A stretch of 31,020 bases of DNA from an uncultured archaeon (GTDB lineage Archaea; Asgardarchaeota; Thorarchaeia; Thorarchaeales; Thorarchaeaceae): assembly GCA_964631415.1 (NCBI GenBank), contig CAZVZC010000024.1, forward strand, positions 1 to 31,020, given 5' to 3'. The notes below the pieces were generated by a model. That model saw only the letters and a program-made list of their open reading frames with translations. It was not told where the DNA came from and searched no databases. The translations under genes were made by a program, and so were the position numbers. This document shows, piece by piece, positions 1-10,051 of the stretch (within the stretch, counting starts at the first letter, position 1; every line of letters starts with the position of its first letter).

Positions 1-251
1 GATATGCTGTCCAAGCCGACAGTTCCGAGGAACTGCCCGCTCTTCTTGTCCTCGATGGCGAGAACCATGTTGCCACTCTTCCATGGTGTAGAGGTTGTTG
101 CTTCCTCGAGCCACTTTCGTTCATGCTCCTGCGAATGAGGGGTAGCTGAGTAGAGGAATCGTCGTGTTTCGTAAGTGTTCCAGTGTTTCATGATCTCTTC
201 CAGATCACTCATCTCCATGGCTCTTAGCAGGACCTTGTCGCCATAGTACAT
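1..251 (-). CDS. GNAT family N-acetyltransferase, RimJ/RimL-like (partial, runs off the left edge)
   Basis: Not in the ORF track. Manual translation from ATG at 251: MYYGDKVLLRAMEMSDLEEIMKHWNTYETRRFL...MVLAIEDKKSGQFLGTVGL, a typical Acetyltransf_3 N-terminus (LR-x-x-x-x-D...W). Confidence 0.8.
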   Translation of the reverse strand, partial: MYYGDKVLLRAMEMSDLEEIMKHWNTYETRRFLYSATPHSQEHERKWLEEATTSTPWKSGNMVLAIEDKKSGQFLGTVGLDSI

Positions 252-376
252 GGTTTCGAAACACACTTGTGGTACAGATAAGCATGGTTGCCTCATTAGC
301 CCAAGTTTCAGGGATGTGAGCATCCGATTCAGTCACTCAAGTTAAATACGAGCCATCCCCCCGGACACGGCTGGAC

Positions 377-778
377 GTGATTCACGTGGACAGAGGTAAA
401 CACCACAGAGTAATGTTTCTCATCGCTGCACTTTGGAACTGGATTCTTGCGGTAACCTTTCTGCTACTACCGCGGATTGACATCAACTACTTCCTTTTGT
501 CTGGTGTAGAGGCCCCTCCTACGCTGCTCTGGTTTGACAGCTTCATGGGTCTGGTCTTTGCATTTGGGGTTGGGTTCTACATCGTCAGTCGAAGTACTAA
601 GGAGAACCATGGTCTTATTGAAATTGCCATCTTCGAGAAGATATGGGTCTTCGTCGTAGGCCTCTGCTACTTTGTTGTAGGACAGGCATCTGCGCTCTTG
701 CTCGTAGTGGTGACCGTGGACCTCGTTTTCGGATTCCTATTCCTTGAAGACCTGTTGGCTATTCGCAAAACAACATAG
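377..778 (+). CDS. Small integral membrane protein (about 4 TM), function unknown
   Basis: 133-aa ORF with four hydrophobic stretches; TTAAATA box at 342-348 upstream. Confidence 0.7.
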   Translation: MIHVDRGKHHRVMFLIAALWNWILAVTFLLLPRIDINYFLLSGVEAPPTLLWFDSFMGLVFAFGVGFYIVSRSTKENHGLIEIAIFEKIWVFVVGLCYFVVGQASALLLVVVTVDLVFGFLFLEDLLAIRKTT

Positions 779-940
779 CAGATCTCTCCTCGCCCATCGA
801 ATGCTCACTGCCGACGAACTCTCCCGTATGACGTGATGGTCCAGACAGGCCTGTGACTTTCAGTCTTGGTGTCTGCTACCCACCTGTCGAACCATTTAAT
901 AGGAACTGGGCCAAATCAGGGACTCTGGAGTAAGAGCGAC

Positions 941-1579
941 TTGACTGCGGCACCCACAATCAGGTACCTCGGACATGCGGGCTTCCAGTTGCAGAAAGAC
1001 TCCCACCGCCTCGTCATTGACCCGAGAAACAAGGATGTGGCGAATGCCCCATGCGACATGGTGTACTGCACGCACAAGCACTTCGATCATGTTGGAGGGG
1101 TGAATGCAATCCTTGAGCACAACCCCGATGCCATCTTGATAGGTAACAGACAGGTCGCAGCGAGATTCTCAAAGTGGGGGGACCGCGTTGTCACGGTGAG
1201 TGCAGGTGAGGTATTCAACCGAGGACCATGGAAGCTCGAGTTCATCAACTGCCAGCATGGGCTCCTCAAGGGTGCCATCGACCTTGGACTGCTGGCCCGT
1301 ACAAGTGGGTTGGCTTTTGGACATTGTGGGGACACTGTTTCCTTCGATGGATTCGTTGGGACTCAAATGGATGTCTTTGCTATCCCTATCTGTGGAGTGT
1401 TCGCGGCATCCCCCAAGAGGGCAATTGCGGAGATGGAGAAATTCAATGAGCAGATGCCCTATGTGATCGTGATGCATTGGCTCTGGCGCAGTCCTAATGG
1501 TTTCGCTCGCAGATTCGCAAGTCAGTTCCCTGATTCGCGTTGTGCAGTGCCAAGCGACGGTGAGATGATCTCCTTCTGA
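941..1579 (+). CDS. MBL-fold metallo-hydrolase (UPF0173/UlaG-like)
   Basis: YLGHAGF, IDP, THKHFDH, H, HCGDT and MHW motifs. Start placed at TTG 941 rather than 866 because homology begins at IRYLGH. Confidence 0.85.
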   Translation: MTAAPTIRYLGHAGFQLQKDSHRLVIDPRNKDVANAPCDMVYCTHKHFDHVGGVNAILEHNPDAILIGNRQVAARFSKWGDRVVTVSAGEVFNRGPWKLEFINCQHGLLKGAIDLGLLARTSGLAFGHCGDTVSFDGFVGTQMDVFAIPICGVFAASPKRAIAEMEKFNEQMPYVIVMHWLWRSPNGFARRFASQFPDSRCAVPSDGEMISF

Positions 1580-1613
1580 AACACCATGCGCTCTGGGAGC
1601 TCGGATGAGCTTG

Positions 1614-2288
1614 TCACTCTATCGAGAACTCTTCGCCCTCGTGTAGTGTCTTCACCTTGATGCCTGCTCCGGACCCAGCTCTCTTCTCGAACTCGACAGT
1701 TCCCTTGTCCCAAGTGTGCATGGGCACCGCTATCCGTGGCTTGATGACCAGTGCCGCCTCAGCCGCTTCAACATTGTCCATGGTATACTTGTCACCGCAG
1801 GGAAGGAGAGCCACATCCACCCGTCCAATCTTCTGCATCTCCGGTATGAGATCAGTGTCTCCCGCATGATATACTGTCTTTCCATCCATAGTTACTACGT
1901 AGCCAACACCCAAACCCTTGGGATGGTATGGGTTCCCCGGAGACCGGAATCGTTTCAGATTGTATGCTTCGACGGCTTTTACTTTGATGCCTTGGACTGC
2001 AATCTCCTCACCGGGCTTGAGCGTCGTGACTGTTCCACCGATATCCTTCCAGCAGTCCTCCGGAGCGACTACTATCGTCTTGCTCGTGCGAACAGAGGAG
2101 ATCGCTTCCGGAAAGCAGTGATCATTGTGAGAATGAGTCACAAGTATCAAAGTCGCTTGCTCAGAAACAGCAGGGACTTTCTCTATGAGTTTCTTGGGCC
2201 GGTAGTAGTCGACATAGACGACCTTTCCACCAGCCTTGATCTGAAAGCCTGAATGGCCGAGCCATCGTACAGTAACGGTCATTGCCAT
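1614..2288 (-). CDS. MBL-fold metallo-hydrolase (UPF0173-like)
   Basis: WLGHSGF, THSHNDH, HAGDT and PMH motifs. Start placed at ATG 2288 (MAMTVTVRWLGH); the track start at 2423 overlaps the divergent ORF. Confidence 0.88.
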   Translation of the reverse strand: MAMTVTVRWLGHSGFQIKAGGKVVYVDYYRPKKLIEKVPAVSEQATLILVTHSHNDHCFPEAISSVRTSKTIVVAPEDCWKDIGGTVTTLKPGEEIAVQGIKVKAVEAYNLKRFRSPGNPYHPKGLGVGYVVTMDGKTVYHAGDTDLIPEMQKIGRVDVALLPCGDKYTMDNVEAAEAALVIKPRIAVPMHTWDKGTVEFEKRAGSGAGIKVKTLHEGEEFSIE

Positions 2289-2475
2289 CGCTGGGTGGTC
2301 AGAATGGTACTCCCGATATAACGCCTTCTCCGTAGGCAAGGGATTCCACGGTGGCGATTCCTCACAGGACTTGTCTGCGGCAACTGAGCGTGGACCTTGT
2401 CCCGCCCATTTCTCGCAGTCCACAAGGCTTTTGTTTCCGGCTCACAGTAATGAAGCGGCTATCAGGCCATGGACA

Positions 2476-4884
2476 GTGACAACCTTGGCGCAAACGTGTG
2501 CACCCCCTAACGCAGTCTGGCAACCGTCGAAACAGCTCTCCCCCCGAATCAAGCGGCTCAGGGACGAGTATTTCGCATTCGACCAGCGGTCCCGATACTT
2601 CACGAATGAGGTTCGAGCATACACGACAGGAAGGCCATGGGATCAAGTATACAGTTTCAATGAATGGGGCGTGACCCCCGAGGCAGTCCCCTTCATGCGG
2701 GGATTTCGAGACAGCCTGCGGGCACTTGCGGAAACAGTTGATTTTGGCGATGAGTCATTCAAGCTCTCCATCGCTGAACGACGGGCGCACTTCTTCAACA
2801 CAGTGTTGACGAAGCACCTGCCCGTGGCAATCCTCGAGGGAGAGCTTGTTGTGGGGAGCTACTTTAACACAGCCCTCAGCAAGGTCCTCACTAAGGATGA
2901 GCAGAAGGAATGGGACAAGGGACAGGCTCGCTTCTATGAAGAGCTGAAGCACAGATGCGAGACCGGGGAGTTCAACTACGGTGCCATTCCCGGTCATCTT
3001 GTTCCCAACTACCCGAAGATACTGCAGAAAGGGTTCCGGGGAGTCCAAGAAGACCTAGAGGCACTGTCAGCCAAGATCACTGACCCGAAGCACCAAGCAT
3101 GGCTCAGGGCACTGATACTCTCGTGTGAAGCCCCGCGAATACTCTCCGAGCGCTACGCTGCGGAGGCCGAGCATCTTGCCAAGAAGGAAAGCAACCCAGA
3201 ACGTCGTCATGAGCTCGAAACGATCGCTCGCGTCTGTCGGAAGGTCCCTTGGGAGCCTGCTGAAACCTTCTGGGAGGCAGTCCAATCCGTATGGATGAGC
3301 CACATGCTGGTGATGGCCGCAGAGAGCTATCCTGGGCCCGGAACAAGCCCCGGCCGCATCGATCAATACCTTTTGCCCTACTATGAACACGACCTAGAGA
3401 AGCATACTATTACTCGCGAGTTCGCGAAGGAACTGCTCGAGTGCTACTGGATCAAGCACAACTATGCCTACGATTTTCAAGCCAGAGTAGGCAACTCCCA
3501 GGGCATCAACTCCAGCTTCGGCCAGCTGATTACCATCGGCGGGATTGACCGCAACAGTGAGGACAGCAGCAATGACCTGACTTGGCTTATTCTCGAGGTC
3601 ATTGAAGAGATGAACCTACTCGAGCCTAAACCCAATATCCGCCTTCATGCAAAGACGCCTGAGCCTCTTGTTCGCCGTGTCGCTCAGATGGTTGCCCGGT
3701 CTCAGGGCAGTCCTTTCCTCGTGAATTTCGATGAAACCTCAATGAAGGGACTGGTTTGGCAAGGGGTTCCGCCTGACGAGGTCTGGGACTACGCCCCAGT
3801 GGGCTGCTTGGAGAACACAATGATTGGTAATGATGTTTCGGGTACAGTGGATGTCAATCCGAATCTTGCCAAGGCGGTCGAACTGGCTCTCAGTGATGGC
3901 AAGGACATACGGCTGGGTCTCCAGCTGGGCCCGAAGACCGGAGATCCACTCACCTTCAAAGCATTCGACCAGTTCCATGACGCCTTCAAAGAACAGGCCC
4001 GGGCACTTCTCGACCGGGCGATTAAGGCGAACAACTTCGCTGATGCCTTGCGTGTTAATTTCGAGCCAGTCCCCTATCTCTCACTGCTTGTAGACAACTG
4101 CGCCGAGTCAGGCAAGGACTGCAGAGCAGGAGGAGCCAAGTACAACTTCATCACGGTTGAAGCGATGGGGCTTTCGACAGCGGCGGACTCCCTTGCAGCA
4201 GTCAAGAAACTTGTTTATGACGAGGGACGCGTGCCCATGGGTAAGCTTCTCCATGCTATTCGGACCAACTTCGAGGACGACGAGGAACTCCGCCAGCTCC
4301 TGCTCCATCATGGTCCCAAGTTCGGCAATGATGACGCAGACGCTGATCAGCTCGCACGTGAGGTCTCTAGGTTCTGGGGTGAGTACGTGTTCAAGCATGT
4401 TGCCCCAGCTAGCGGCCGACGATACAGAGGCGGCTATTTGAGCTGGAACTACTTCATCAGCTTTGCTCCCAAGACTGCTGCAACCCCAGATGGTCGAAGG
4501 CGCGGCGAGTACCTGTCGAATGGTGTTTGCCCAGCTCAAGGACGAGATATACGAGGCCCGACAGCGGCCGCTATCAGTGTGGGCAAGCTCGGACTTGAAG
4601 CTCAGCCCAACGGATCATCCCACACGATTACCTTCAGCCCATCTTCGCTTCGTGATGAGGAACACCTCAACAAGCTTGTTGCGTTCCTACGCACCTATGG
4701 CAAGGTTGGCGGCACTGCCATCCAGACTAATGTGGTCAGTCCCGGGACTCTTCGTGCGGCTCAGGAGCGTCCCGAGGAATATCGCAACCTCCTAGTCCGA
4801 GTCACCGGTTACAACGCTTATTTCACCACACTAGGCAAGGAACAGCAGGACGAAATTATCAATCGCGTAGGCCACCAGCTGTGA
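2476..4884 (+). CDS. Glycyl radical enzyme (PFL2/GRE family), substrate unknown
   Basis: C-terminal glycyl loop LLVRVTGYNAYF, single-Cys loop PVGCLEN, PAETFWEAVQ, GRIDQYL, PKFGND and ATPDGR. Start GTG 2476 is estimated. Confidence 0.92.
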   Translation: MTTLAQTCAPPNAVWQPSKQLSPRIKRLRDEYFAFDQRSRYFTNEVRAYTTGRPWDQVYSFNEWGVTPEAVPFMRGFRDSLRALAETVDFGDESFKLSIAERRAHFFNTVLTKHLPVAILEGELVVGSYFNTALSKVLTKDEQKEWDKGQARFYEELKHRCETGEFNYGAIPGHLVPNYPKILQKGFRGVQEDLEALSAKITDPKHQAWLRALILSCEAPRILSERYAAEAEHLAKKESNPERRHELETIARVCRKVPWEPAETFWEAVQSVWMSHMLVMAAESYPGPGTSPGRIDQYLLPYYEHDLEKHTITREFAKELLECYWIKHNYAYDFQARVGNSQGINSSFGQLITIGGIDRNSEDSSNDLTWLILEVIEEMNLLEPKPNIRLHAKTPEPLVRRVAQMVARSQGSPFLVNFDETSMKGLVWQGVPPDEVWDYAPVGCLENTMIGNDVSGTVDVNPNLAKAVELALSDGKDIRLGLQLGPKTGDPLTFKAFDQFHDAFKEQARALLDRAIKANNFADALRVNFEPVPYLSLLVDNCAESGKDCRAGGAKYNFITVEAMGLSTAADSLAAVKKLVYDEGRVPMGKLLHAIRTNFEDDEELRQLLLHHGPKFGNDDADADQLAREVSRFWGEYVFKHVAPASGRRYRGGYLSWNYFISFAPKTAATPDGRRRGEYLSNGVCPAQGRDIRGPTAAAISVGKLGLEAQPNGSSHTITFSPSSLRDEEHLNKLVAFLRTYGKVGGTAIQTNVVSPGTLRAAQERPEEYRNLLVRVTGYNAYFTTLGKEQQDEIINRVGHQL

Positions 4885-4890
4885 CAGAGA

Positions 4891-5892
4891 GTGAATGTCT
4901 TGTCCTCGTCGAGTCCCAGTGAAACGGGCATGGTACTTAACATCCAGCGGTTTTCTACTGAGGACGGTCCTGGAATTCGGACGACAGTGTTTCTGAAAGG
5001 TTGTGCATTAAGATGCAAGTGGTGCCAGAACCCAGAGTCTTGGACAATGATGCCACAGGTCGTCTGGTACCAGAACAGGTGCATCGGTGCGCGGCATTGC
5101 CTGTCAGCCTGTCCCCAGCAAGCTCTTGCGCTTATGCCCAAGGGAATGTCTATTGACCGCCAGCGTTGCGGTGGCTGTGGGGACTGTGCCCCGGTATGTC
5201 CTGCCAAGGCCATTGAGGTACTGGGAGTGAGGCGCACAGTAGAGGACGTGAGTGCAGAAGTGTTGCGGGACCGCCCCTTCTATGAGGAATCATGCGGGGG
5301 CGTGACACTGAGTGGCGGCGACCCACTGTTCCAGTTCTCCTTTACCCAAGCGCTCCTGACTCGCTTCAAAGCCGAAGGCCTACATACCGCCTTGGATACG
5401 GCGGGGTATGGGGCACTCGACAAGTTCCGAGCCTTGGTGACGCACTCCAACCTCGTCCTATATGACTTGAAGATTGTGGACCCCGAGCAGCACCAGAGAT
5501 TCACTGGTGTACCCGTCGAGCCCATTCTACGCAACGCAAAATGGCTTGGCGCTCAGCCCAAGTCTGTGTGGATTCGAACTCCAATCATACCCGGGTTCAC
5601 AGACAATCCGGGCAATGTCCAAGGGATTGCTGCATTCATTCGCGATAATATGTCCTCTGTGGAGAGGTGGGATCTTCTTGGATTCAACAGGCTCTGCTTG
5701 CCGAAATGGCAACGCCTTGACACGCCTTTCGAATGTGCCGAAACCCCCTTGGTCACTGAACAACAAATGACTCAGCTTGTGGAAATCGCGAACGAGTCAC
5801 AGGTTCCGAAGATTACTTGGTCGGGTGTTACGCGCGAAGCGGCAGCGCCCAATCCGATAGAACATCCGTATGTAGGCTGTGATGTAAGATGA
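4891..5892 (+). CDS. Glycyl-radical enzyme activating enzyme (radical SAM with ferredoxin insert)
   Basis: DGPGIRTTVFLKGCALRCKWCQNPES (CxxxCxxC), ferredoxin insert CIGARHCLSACP / CGGCGDCAPVCP, GGVTLSGGDP; 6 nt after the GRE stop. Confidence 0.95.
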   Translation: MNVLSSSSPSETGMVLNIQRFSTEDGPGIRTTVFLKGCALRCKWCQNPESWTMMPQVVWYQNRCIGARHCLSACPQQALALMPKGMSIDRQRCGGCGDCAPVCPAKAIEVLGVRRTVEDVSAEVLRDRPFYEESCGGVTLSGGDPLFQFSFTQALLTRFKAEGLHTALDTAGYGALDKFRALVTHSNLVLYDLKIVDPEQHQRFTGVPVEPILRNAKWLGAQPKSVWIRTPIIPGFTDNPGNVQGIAAFIRDNMSSVERWDLLGFNRLCLPKWQRLDTPFECAETPLVTEQQMTQLVEIANESQVPKITWSGVTREAAAPNPIEHPYVGCDVR

Positions 5893-6707
5893 ACACCAAA
5901 CTTCCCGATGCAGCGCATGATGCATTCGATTTGGATCTGGCTGCAAAATTCCTGGCAACATTGAATGCTCAAGGTGAGCCGAACATCGCCCCCGTCATCA
6001 CCACGTATCCGTGGGATGATAATACGCTCGTTTTTGGAGATTTCCTCATAAGGAAGACGAAGGAGAACCTGCTCTGTCAACAGGAGAGTCCAGTTTCCGT
6101 TGCCGTGATGACTCAGGACTTTAGAGCCTTTGAGGTGCGGGGCCGCTTTCTGGGTTTTGAAACAAAAGGCCCGAAGTTCGATCGAATAAGCAGCAAGGAC
6201 CTCTTTCGGTATTCTGCGATTGGCCTGCTTCGCAGTGTTGGGACTATAACTGTTGATGAAGTCTATGCCATGCCAATGACCAAGATGGGCATCGCATTCG
6301 AGTGGTTGACCACCCGATTGGCTGCGCGGCGACCCTCAGACGCACGGCCCGGCAAGGTAATTCATCCTGTTGTTAGCGCCAAGGTCGGCGCACTGATGGG
6401 TGCCAAGTTTCTCGCCGTTTCTCGACAAGGCTCTGTAGAGCAGTTTCCGGCTCTATGCCTCCAGCCTGCAGGGAATGATCATGTGGTGTTTCGCACGAAG
6501 TTGGTCCGAGAGCGGCGCAGATCTCTCAGCGAAGGCGACCATGTGGCCATTTCCGTGTTCACATTGGATCCCCAAGCCTACCAGCTCAAGGGTGAGTTTG
6601 TCGGATACCGCCGGTCACGTGGCTTCGAGGTTGGGTTTGTACGAGTCACGAGCATATGGACTCAAGTTCCGCCGATTCCCGGGGCTGAGATCACATACAA
6701 GACCTGA
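5889..6707 (+). CDS. Tandem pyridoxamine-5'-phosphate-oxidase-like (FMN/F420 split-barrel) protein
   Basis: LATLNAQGEPN...KTKENL motif; internal duplication AKFLAT/AKFLAV and FEVRGRFLGF/YQLKGEFVGY; ATGA overlap with the activase. Confidence 0.75.
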   Translation: MNTKLPDAAHDAFDLDLAAKFLATLNAQGEPNIAPVITTYPWDDNTLVFGDFLIRKTKENLLCQQESPVSVAVMTQDFRAFEVRGRFLGFETKGPKFDRISSKDLFRYSAIGLLRSVGTITVDEVYAMPMTKMGIAFEWLTTRLAARRPSDARPGKVIHPVVSAKVGALMGAKFLAVSRQGSVEQFPALCLQPAGNDHVVFRTKLVRERRRSLSEGDHVAISVFTLDPQAYQLKGEFVGYRRSRGFEVGFVRVTSIWTQVPPIPGAEITYKT

Positions 6708-6737
6708 CCTGTGGTGTTGAGGTTTCGTGAGGGCTGC

Positions 6738-8369
6738 CTAGTATTCGACAATGACATCGAGGGCAATATTGTCTGCGTGATCCCCAATCCTCTCTAGGTT
6801 TCTGACGGTTTCGACAAAAACGGTGTCTGCTTGGGGATTACAGATTCCGGCTTCCATGCGTGCTATGTGGCCTTCTGTGAGTTCCCTCTCCATGGCATCG
6901 ATTTGCTCCTCGAGCTTCCCGGCCTGCTTCGCCAGACTCTTGTCCCTTGTCTTCAATGACTCGATCGTGATTGAGTATGTCTCCTCTGCGAGATGGAACA
7001 TCCTCTGCAGGTCGGATATTCCCGCATTTGAGAAGACAATGCCTCGGCTCACCTTGTCGAGCGCAAACTCGGCGATGTTAGCGGCAAGATCACCTATCCT
7101 CTCAACATCCACATTGACGGCGAGGAGCTTCATACGCCACTGGGAGTCCTTTTCACTCAGTTGTTCTTCCTTGATCTTGCCAATGAATCGTTCAATTGCC
7201 TGACAGCTCTCGTTCACACCGTTCTCCATCTTGATCACTCGCTGAGCTTGCTCCACGTCTCGTTCAAGCAATGCCACTCTGCTCGTCTGAATCATCTCAA
7301 GAGTGATTCCGGCAGTCTTTGTGAGTTCCCGTTCCGCCTCGAAGAGTGCAGCCTGAGCGAAGTACAGCATTTCCTCATCATAGAAACGTCTGCCTACTAC
7401 CTCTCCTGGCTTGTCACGTATGACGAACTCGCAGAACCTGACGAGCAACCCCACAAGCGGGATGAACATGAAGCTGACTAACACGTTGAATACGGTATGG
7501 GCATTCGCTATCTGTCTTGGCAGGTCGCTGGAGGTCCCTGAGATGATACCTGCAAACGGTCCAAGAAACGGAAAGAACACAGTCACGCCCACTACGTTTA
7601 TCATGGCCTGAGCAAGCGCTGTTCTCTTTGCAGGGGAGGTGGCGCCTATCCCGGCGAACAGTTCAAGGAAACAGGTCCCTATGTTTGCCCCCAACACAAG
7701 AGCGATTGCGGCAGGGAGCTCAATCAGACCACCTCGTCCCAGAGCAATCACAAGGCCGACGGTTGCAGCGCTGCTCTGCGTGATTCCTGCGATGGTTGCT
7801 CCGACCAAGACTCCTACAGCGGGGTTCGTTCCAAAGGAGGCCATGATCTCTATGAATGCAGGCCCTGCACTGTGACTCATTAGCTCCTCAGCACCCTGTT
7901 TTATGAAGTCCATGGCAAGGAAGAGCATGCCCATACTGAATGCCACATCACCAACCAGCTTGTATCTCTCCTTCTTTGAGATCTTGGAAACGACGAAGCC
8001 AATTGTCAAGAGTGGCCAGAATGTCAAGCCTATGTCGAAGGCAACGATCTGGGCGACAGCAGTCGTGCCAATCTCAGAACCCAGCATGATGTTGACGGAC
8101 TGCCTAAACGTCAGAATCCCTGCATTTACGAAGCCAATCAGAGTCAGAACCGTGATGCTTGAGCTCTGCGTCAGAACGGTCGCGATGGTGCCTGCGCCCA
8201 TCCCCTTCACTGGGTTGTTGGAAACCTTTTCTAGGATTCTCGTGACTCGCGCACCGGAAACCTTTCCCAGGGTTTCTCTCATCAGATACATGGCATACAT
8301 GAAGAGAGCAAGACCACCAACGACTCGGAAGACTATGTCTATGGTCTGCCCTATGTCGATACCCTGCAT
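6738..8369 (-). CDS. Na+/phosphate cotransporter (NptA/YjbB family) with C-terminal PhoU domain
   Basis: Two QSSS/QSSA plus G(S/A)(E/N)IGT repeats, IANAHTVFN, and PhoU motifs DVERIGDLAANI and NLERIGDHADNI. Confidence 0.93.
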   Translation of the reverse strand: MQGIDIGQTIDIVFRVVGGLALFMYAMYLMRETLGKVSGARVTRILEKVSNNPVKGMGAGTIATVLTQSSSITVLTLIGFVNAGILTFRQSVNIMLGSEIGTTAVAQIVAFDIGLTFWPLLTIGFVVSKISKKERYKLVGDVAFSMGMLFLAMDFIKQGAEELMSHSAGPAFIEIMASFGTNPAVGVLVGATIAGITQSSAATVGLVIALGRGGLIELPAAIALVLGANIGTCFLELFAGIGATSPAKRTALAQAMINVVGVTVFFPFLGPFAGIISGTSSDLPRQIANAHTVFNVLVSFMFIPLVGLLVRFCEFVIRDKPGEVVGRRFYDEEMLYFAQAALFEAERELTKTAGITLEMIQTSRVALLERDVEQAQRVIKMENGVNESCQAIERFIGKIKEEQLSEKDSQWRMKLLAVNVDVERIGDLAANIAEFALDKVSRGIVFSNAGISDLQRMFHLAEETYSITIESLKTRDKSLAKQAGKLEEQIDAMERELTEGHIARMEAGICNPQADTVFVETVRNLERIGDHADNIALDVIVEY

Positions 8370-8455
8370 CTTGACGTGAGGGGTTCCGGCATCCTACATA
8401 TGAAAGTTTGGGATGACCGATGCTGTGGCACTGTAATCGTCGGCCAAGAAGGGTT

Positions 8456-9865
8456 TCAAGGTACGGCCTTAGCAGATGCCTCCAGCTCCTGCACGCTGAC
8501 TCTGGGCTCAATGCTCTTTCTGACCAAGACTATCAGAATGACGACGTTGAGAACCAGTGCCATGTATAGAAGAGGAATGCCCCGGTACAGTTCATAGATC
8601 ACGCCTGCTGGAATGGGCCCGACCGTGACGAACAACAGGACCACGACAGTGGCAAGGCTGAGCATCTTGCCCAAATCTTGGCGCGGCAATGACTTCTGTA
8701 TGTACGTATTGATTACACTGAACCACAAGACGTCGTTGATGGACTTGACGGCAGTGGCAATGAACGCAAGTGAGAAGATGACACTCAGGCCGGCGTAGAT
8801 AGAATCAGCTGCGGTTATCCACTCTGGTGGTGCCACATACGGGACTGACTGAGCGAGTATCAGGAGGACCATCGCCACCGGCATGACAGAGTACACTACA
8901 GTAGTGAGTCTGCGTCCGCCATGCTTGTCGAAGAACCGACCCAGGAGTAGTGTCAGTGGGATCGAGATTGTCAACGTGAGCAGCATCATGAGGTTGATGT
9001 CAGCAATTCCGAAGCTCAGGGTTTCGTTGACGTAGTACAGGCTGCTAAAACCATAGAGCGTGTCACTGAGAGCGTCCAGAGAGAGAACGGCGATGAAGAC
9101 TGGAAAGACCTTGACAAGAGTCTTCAACCCTCTCACATTCTCCCGAAGGAAGTCTCTCACTATATTCTTAGAACGATCCGGCCTCTTCTGTCCGGATGTC
9201 GGATCCAGCCATACGATTCTGATAGCTGCACAGACGATGTACGCAACACCAGAAACAAAGAACATAATTCTCATCACAGTCACGAATGTCTGTCCGATGT
9301 TCAATAGAACCCCTAATGCGAACAACGGGACAAGGCCGAAGACTGTACCTAACGTGAACAGGCTGATCGCAACTCCTCCATGACGTCTATCGATCTGTTC
9401 CATTATGTAGGCTGTTCCACCCTTCCCTGTGAATGATGATAGGGCAAACATCAGCCAAGCGATGGCAATCGACCAGATGTCGAATGCAAACACGAACAAG
9501 AAGTAACCAACCCCGTTGATGGCCATCGTCACGGATGCCAGTTTCTTGCGGTCGTGGTTATCAGCGAGGTAGCCAGAAACAAACTCTCCAACCAGAACGA
9601 CTACCCCTACTCCTGACGTTAGCACGCCAATCAAGACATATGTTAGGCCAAGGTCTCTGAAGTAGAGATTGAAGTACCTGTTTACAACCTGTACGCTCGA
9701 GTAAATCCAGCTCGTGATTAGGAAGATTGTGAAGTTCTTGTTCCGCAGCGTTGCCCGTACGGACTGCAACCAAGTCGTTTCGGCGACCTCTGTTCTATCC
9801 TGCACATCAGCAGCGGGGGTTGAGTCAGTTTCTCTCTGAGCGTTCGTGTCGGCCACAAGATTCAC
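8456..9865 (-). CDS. MFS transporter
   Basis: About 12 hydrophobic segments; motif A in both halves (GYLADNHDRKK, GRFFDKHGGRR). Confidence 0.88.
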   Translation of the reverse strand: MNLVADTNAQRETDSTPAADVQDRTEVAETTWLQSVRATLRNKNFTIFLITSWIYSSVQVVNRYFNLYFRDLGLTYVLIGVLTSGVGVVVLVGEFVSGYLADNHDRKKLASVTMAINGVGYFLFVFAFDIWSIAIAWLMFALSSFTGKGGTAYIMEQIDRRHGGVAISLFTLGTVFGLVPLFALGVLLNIGQTFVTVMRIMFFVSGVAYIVCAAIRIVWLDPTSGQKRPDRSKNIVRDFLRENVRGLKTLVKVFPVFIAVLSLDALSDTLYGFSSLYYVNETLSFGIADINLMMLLTLTISIPLTLLLGRFFDKHGGRRLTTVVYSVMPVAMVLLILAQSVPYVAPPEWITAADSIYAGLSVIFSLAFIATAVKSINDVLWFSVINTYIQKSLPRQDLGKMLSLATVVVLLFVTVGPIPAGVIYELYRGIPLLYMALVLNVVILIVLVRKSIEPRVSVQELEASAKAVP

Positions 9866-10051
9866 CTGCAGCTGCCATGACGAATTCGGACGTCATTACA
9901 GACCCGCTTTTGGGGTTAATATCAGTATGTCTGTTCGAGCACGAATCAAGGGATGAGGAGCTTCAGGCAAGGCTCCGAAAGGCAAGGGCATAATACCAAG
10001 GGATGAATCAAGGCAGTGCGCCCTGCGTTCAACGGAACAAGGAAGGTATGA

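Noticed and set aside
2289-2475. Overlapping N-terminal extensions of the MBL (to 2423) and GRE (from 2371) ORFs
   Set aside because: The extensions show no family similarity; this is more plausibly a divergent promoter region.
2476-4884. Calling the GRE pyruvate formate-lyase (pflB) or choline TMA-lyase (cutC)
   Set aside because: It lacks the adjacent Cys-Cys of PFL, and nothing in the motifs or neighbourhood specifically supports CutC.
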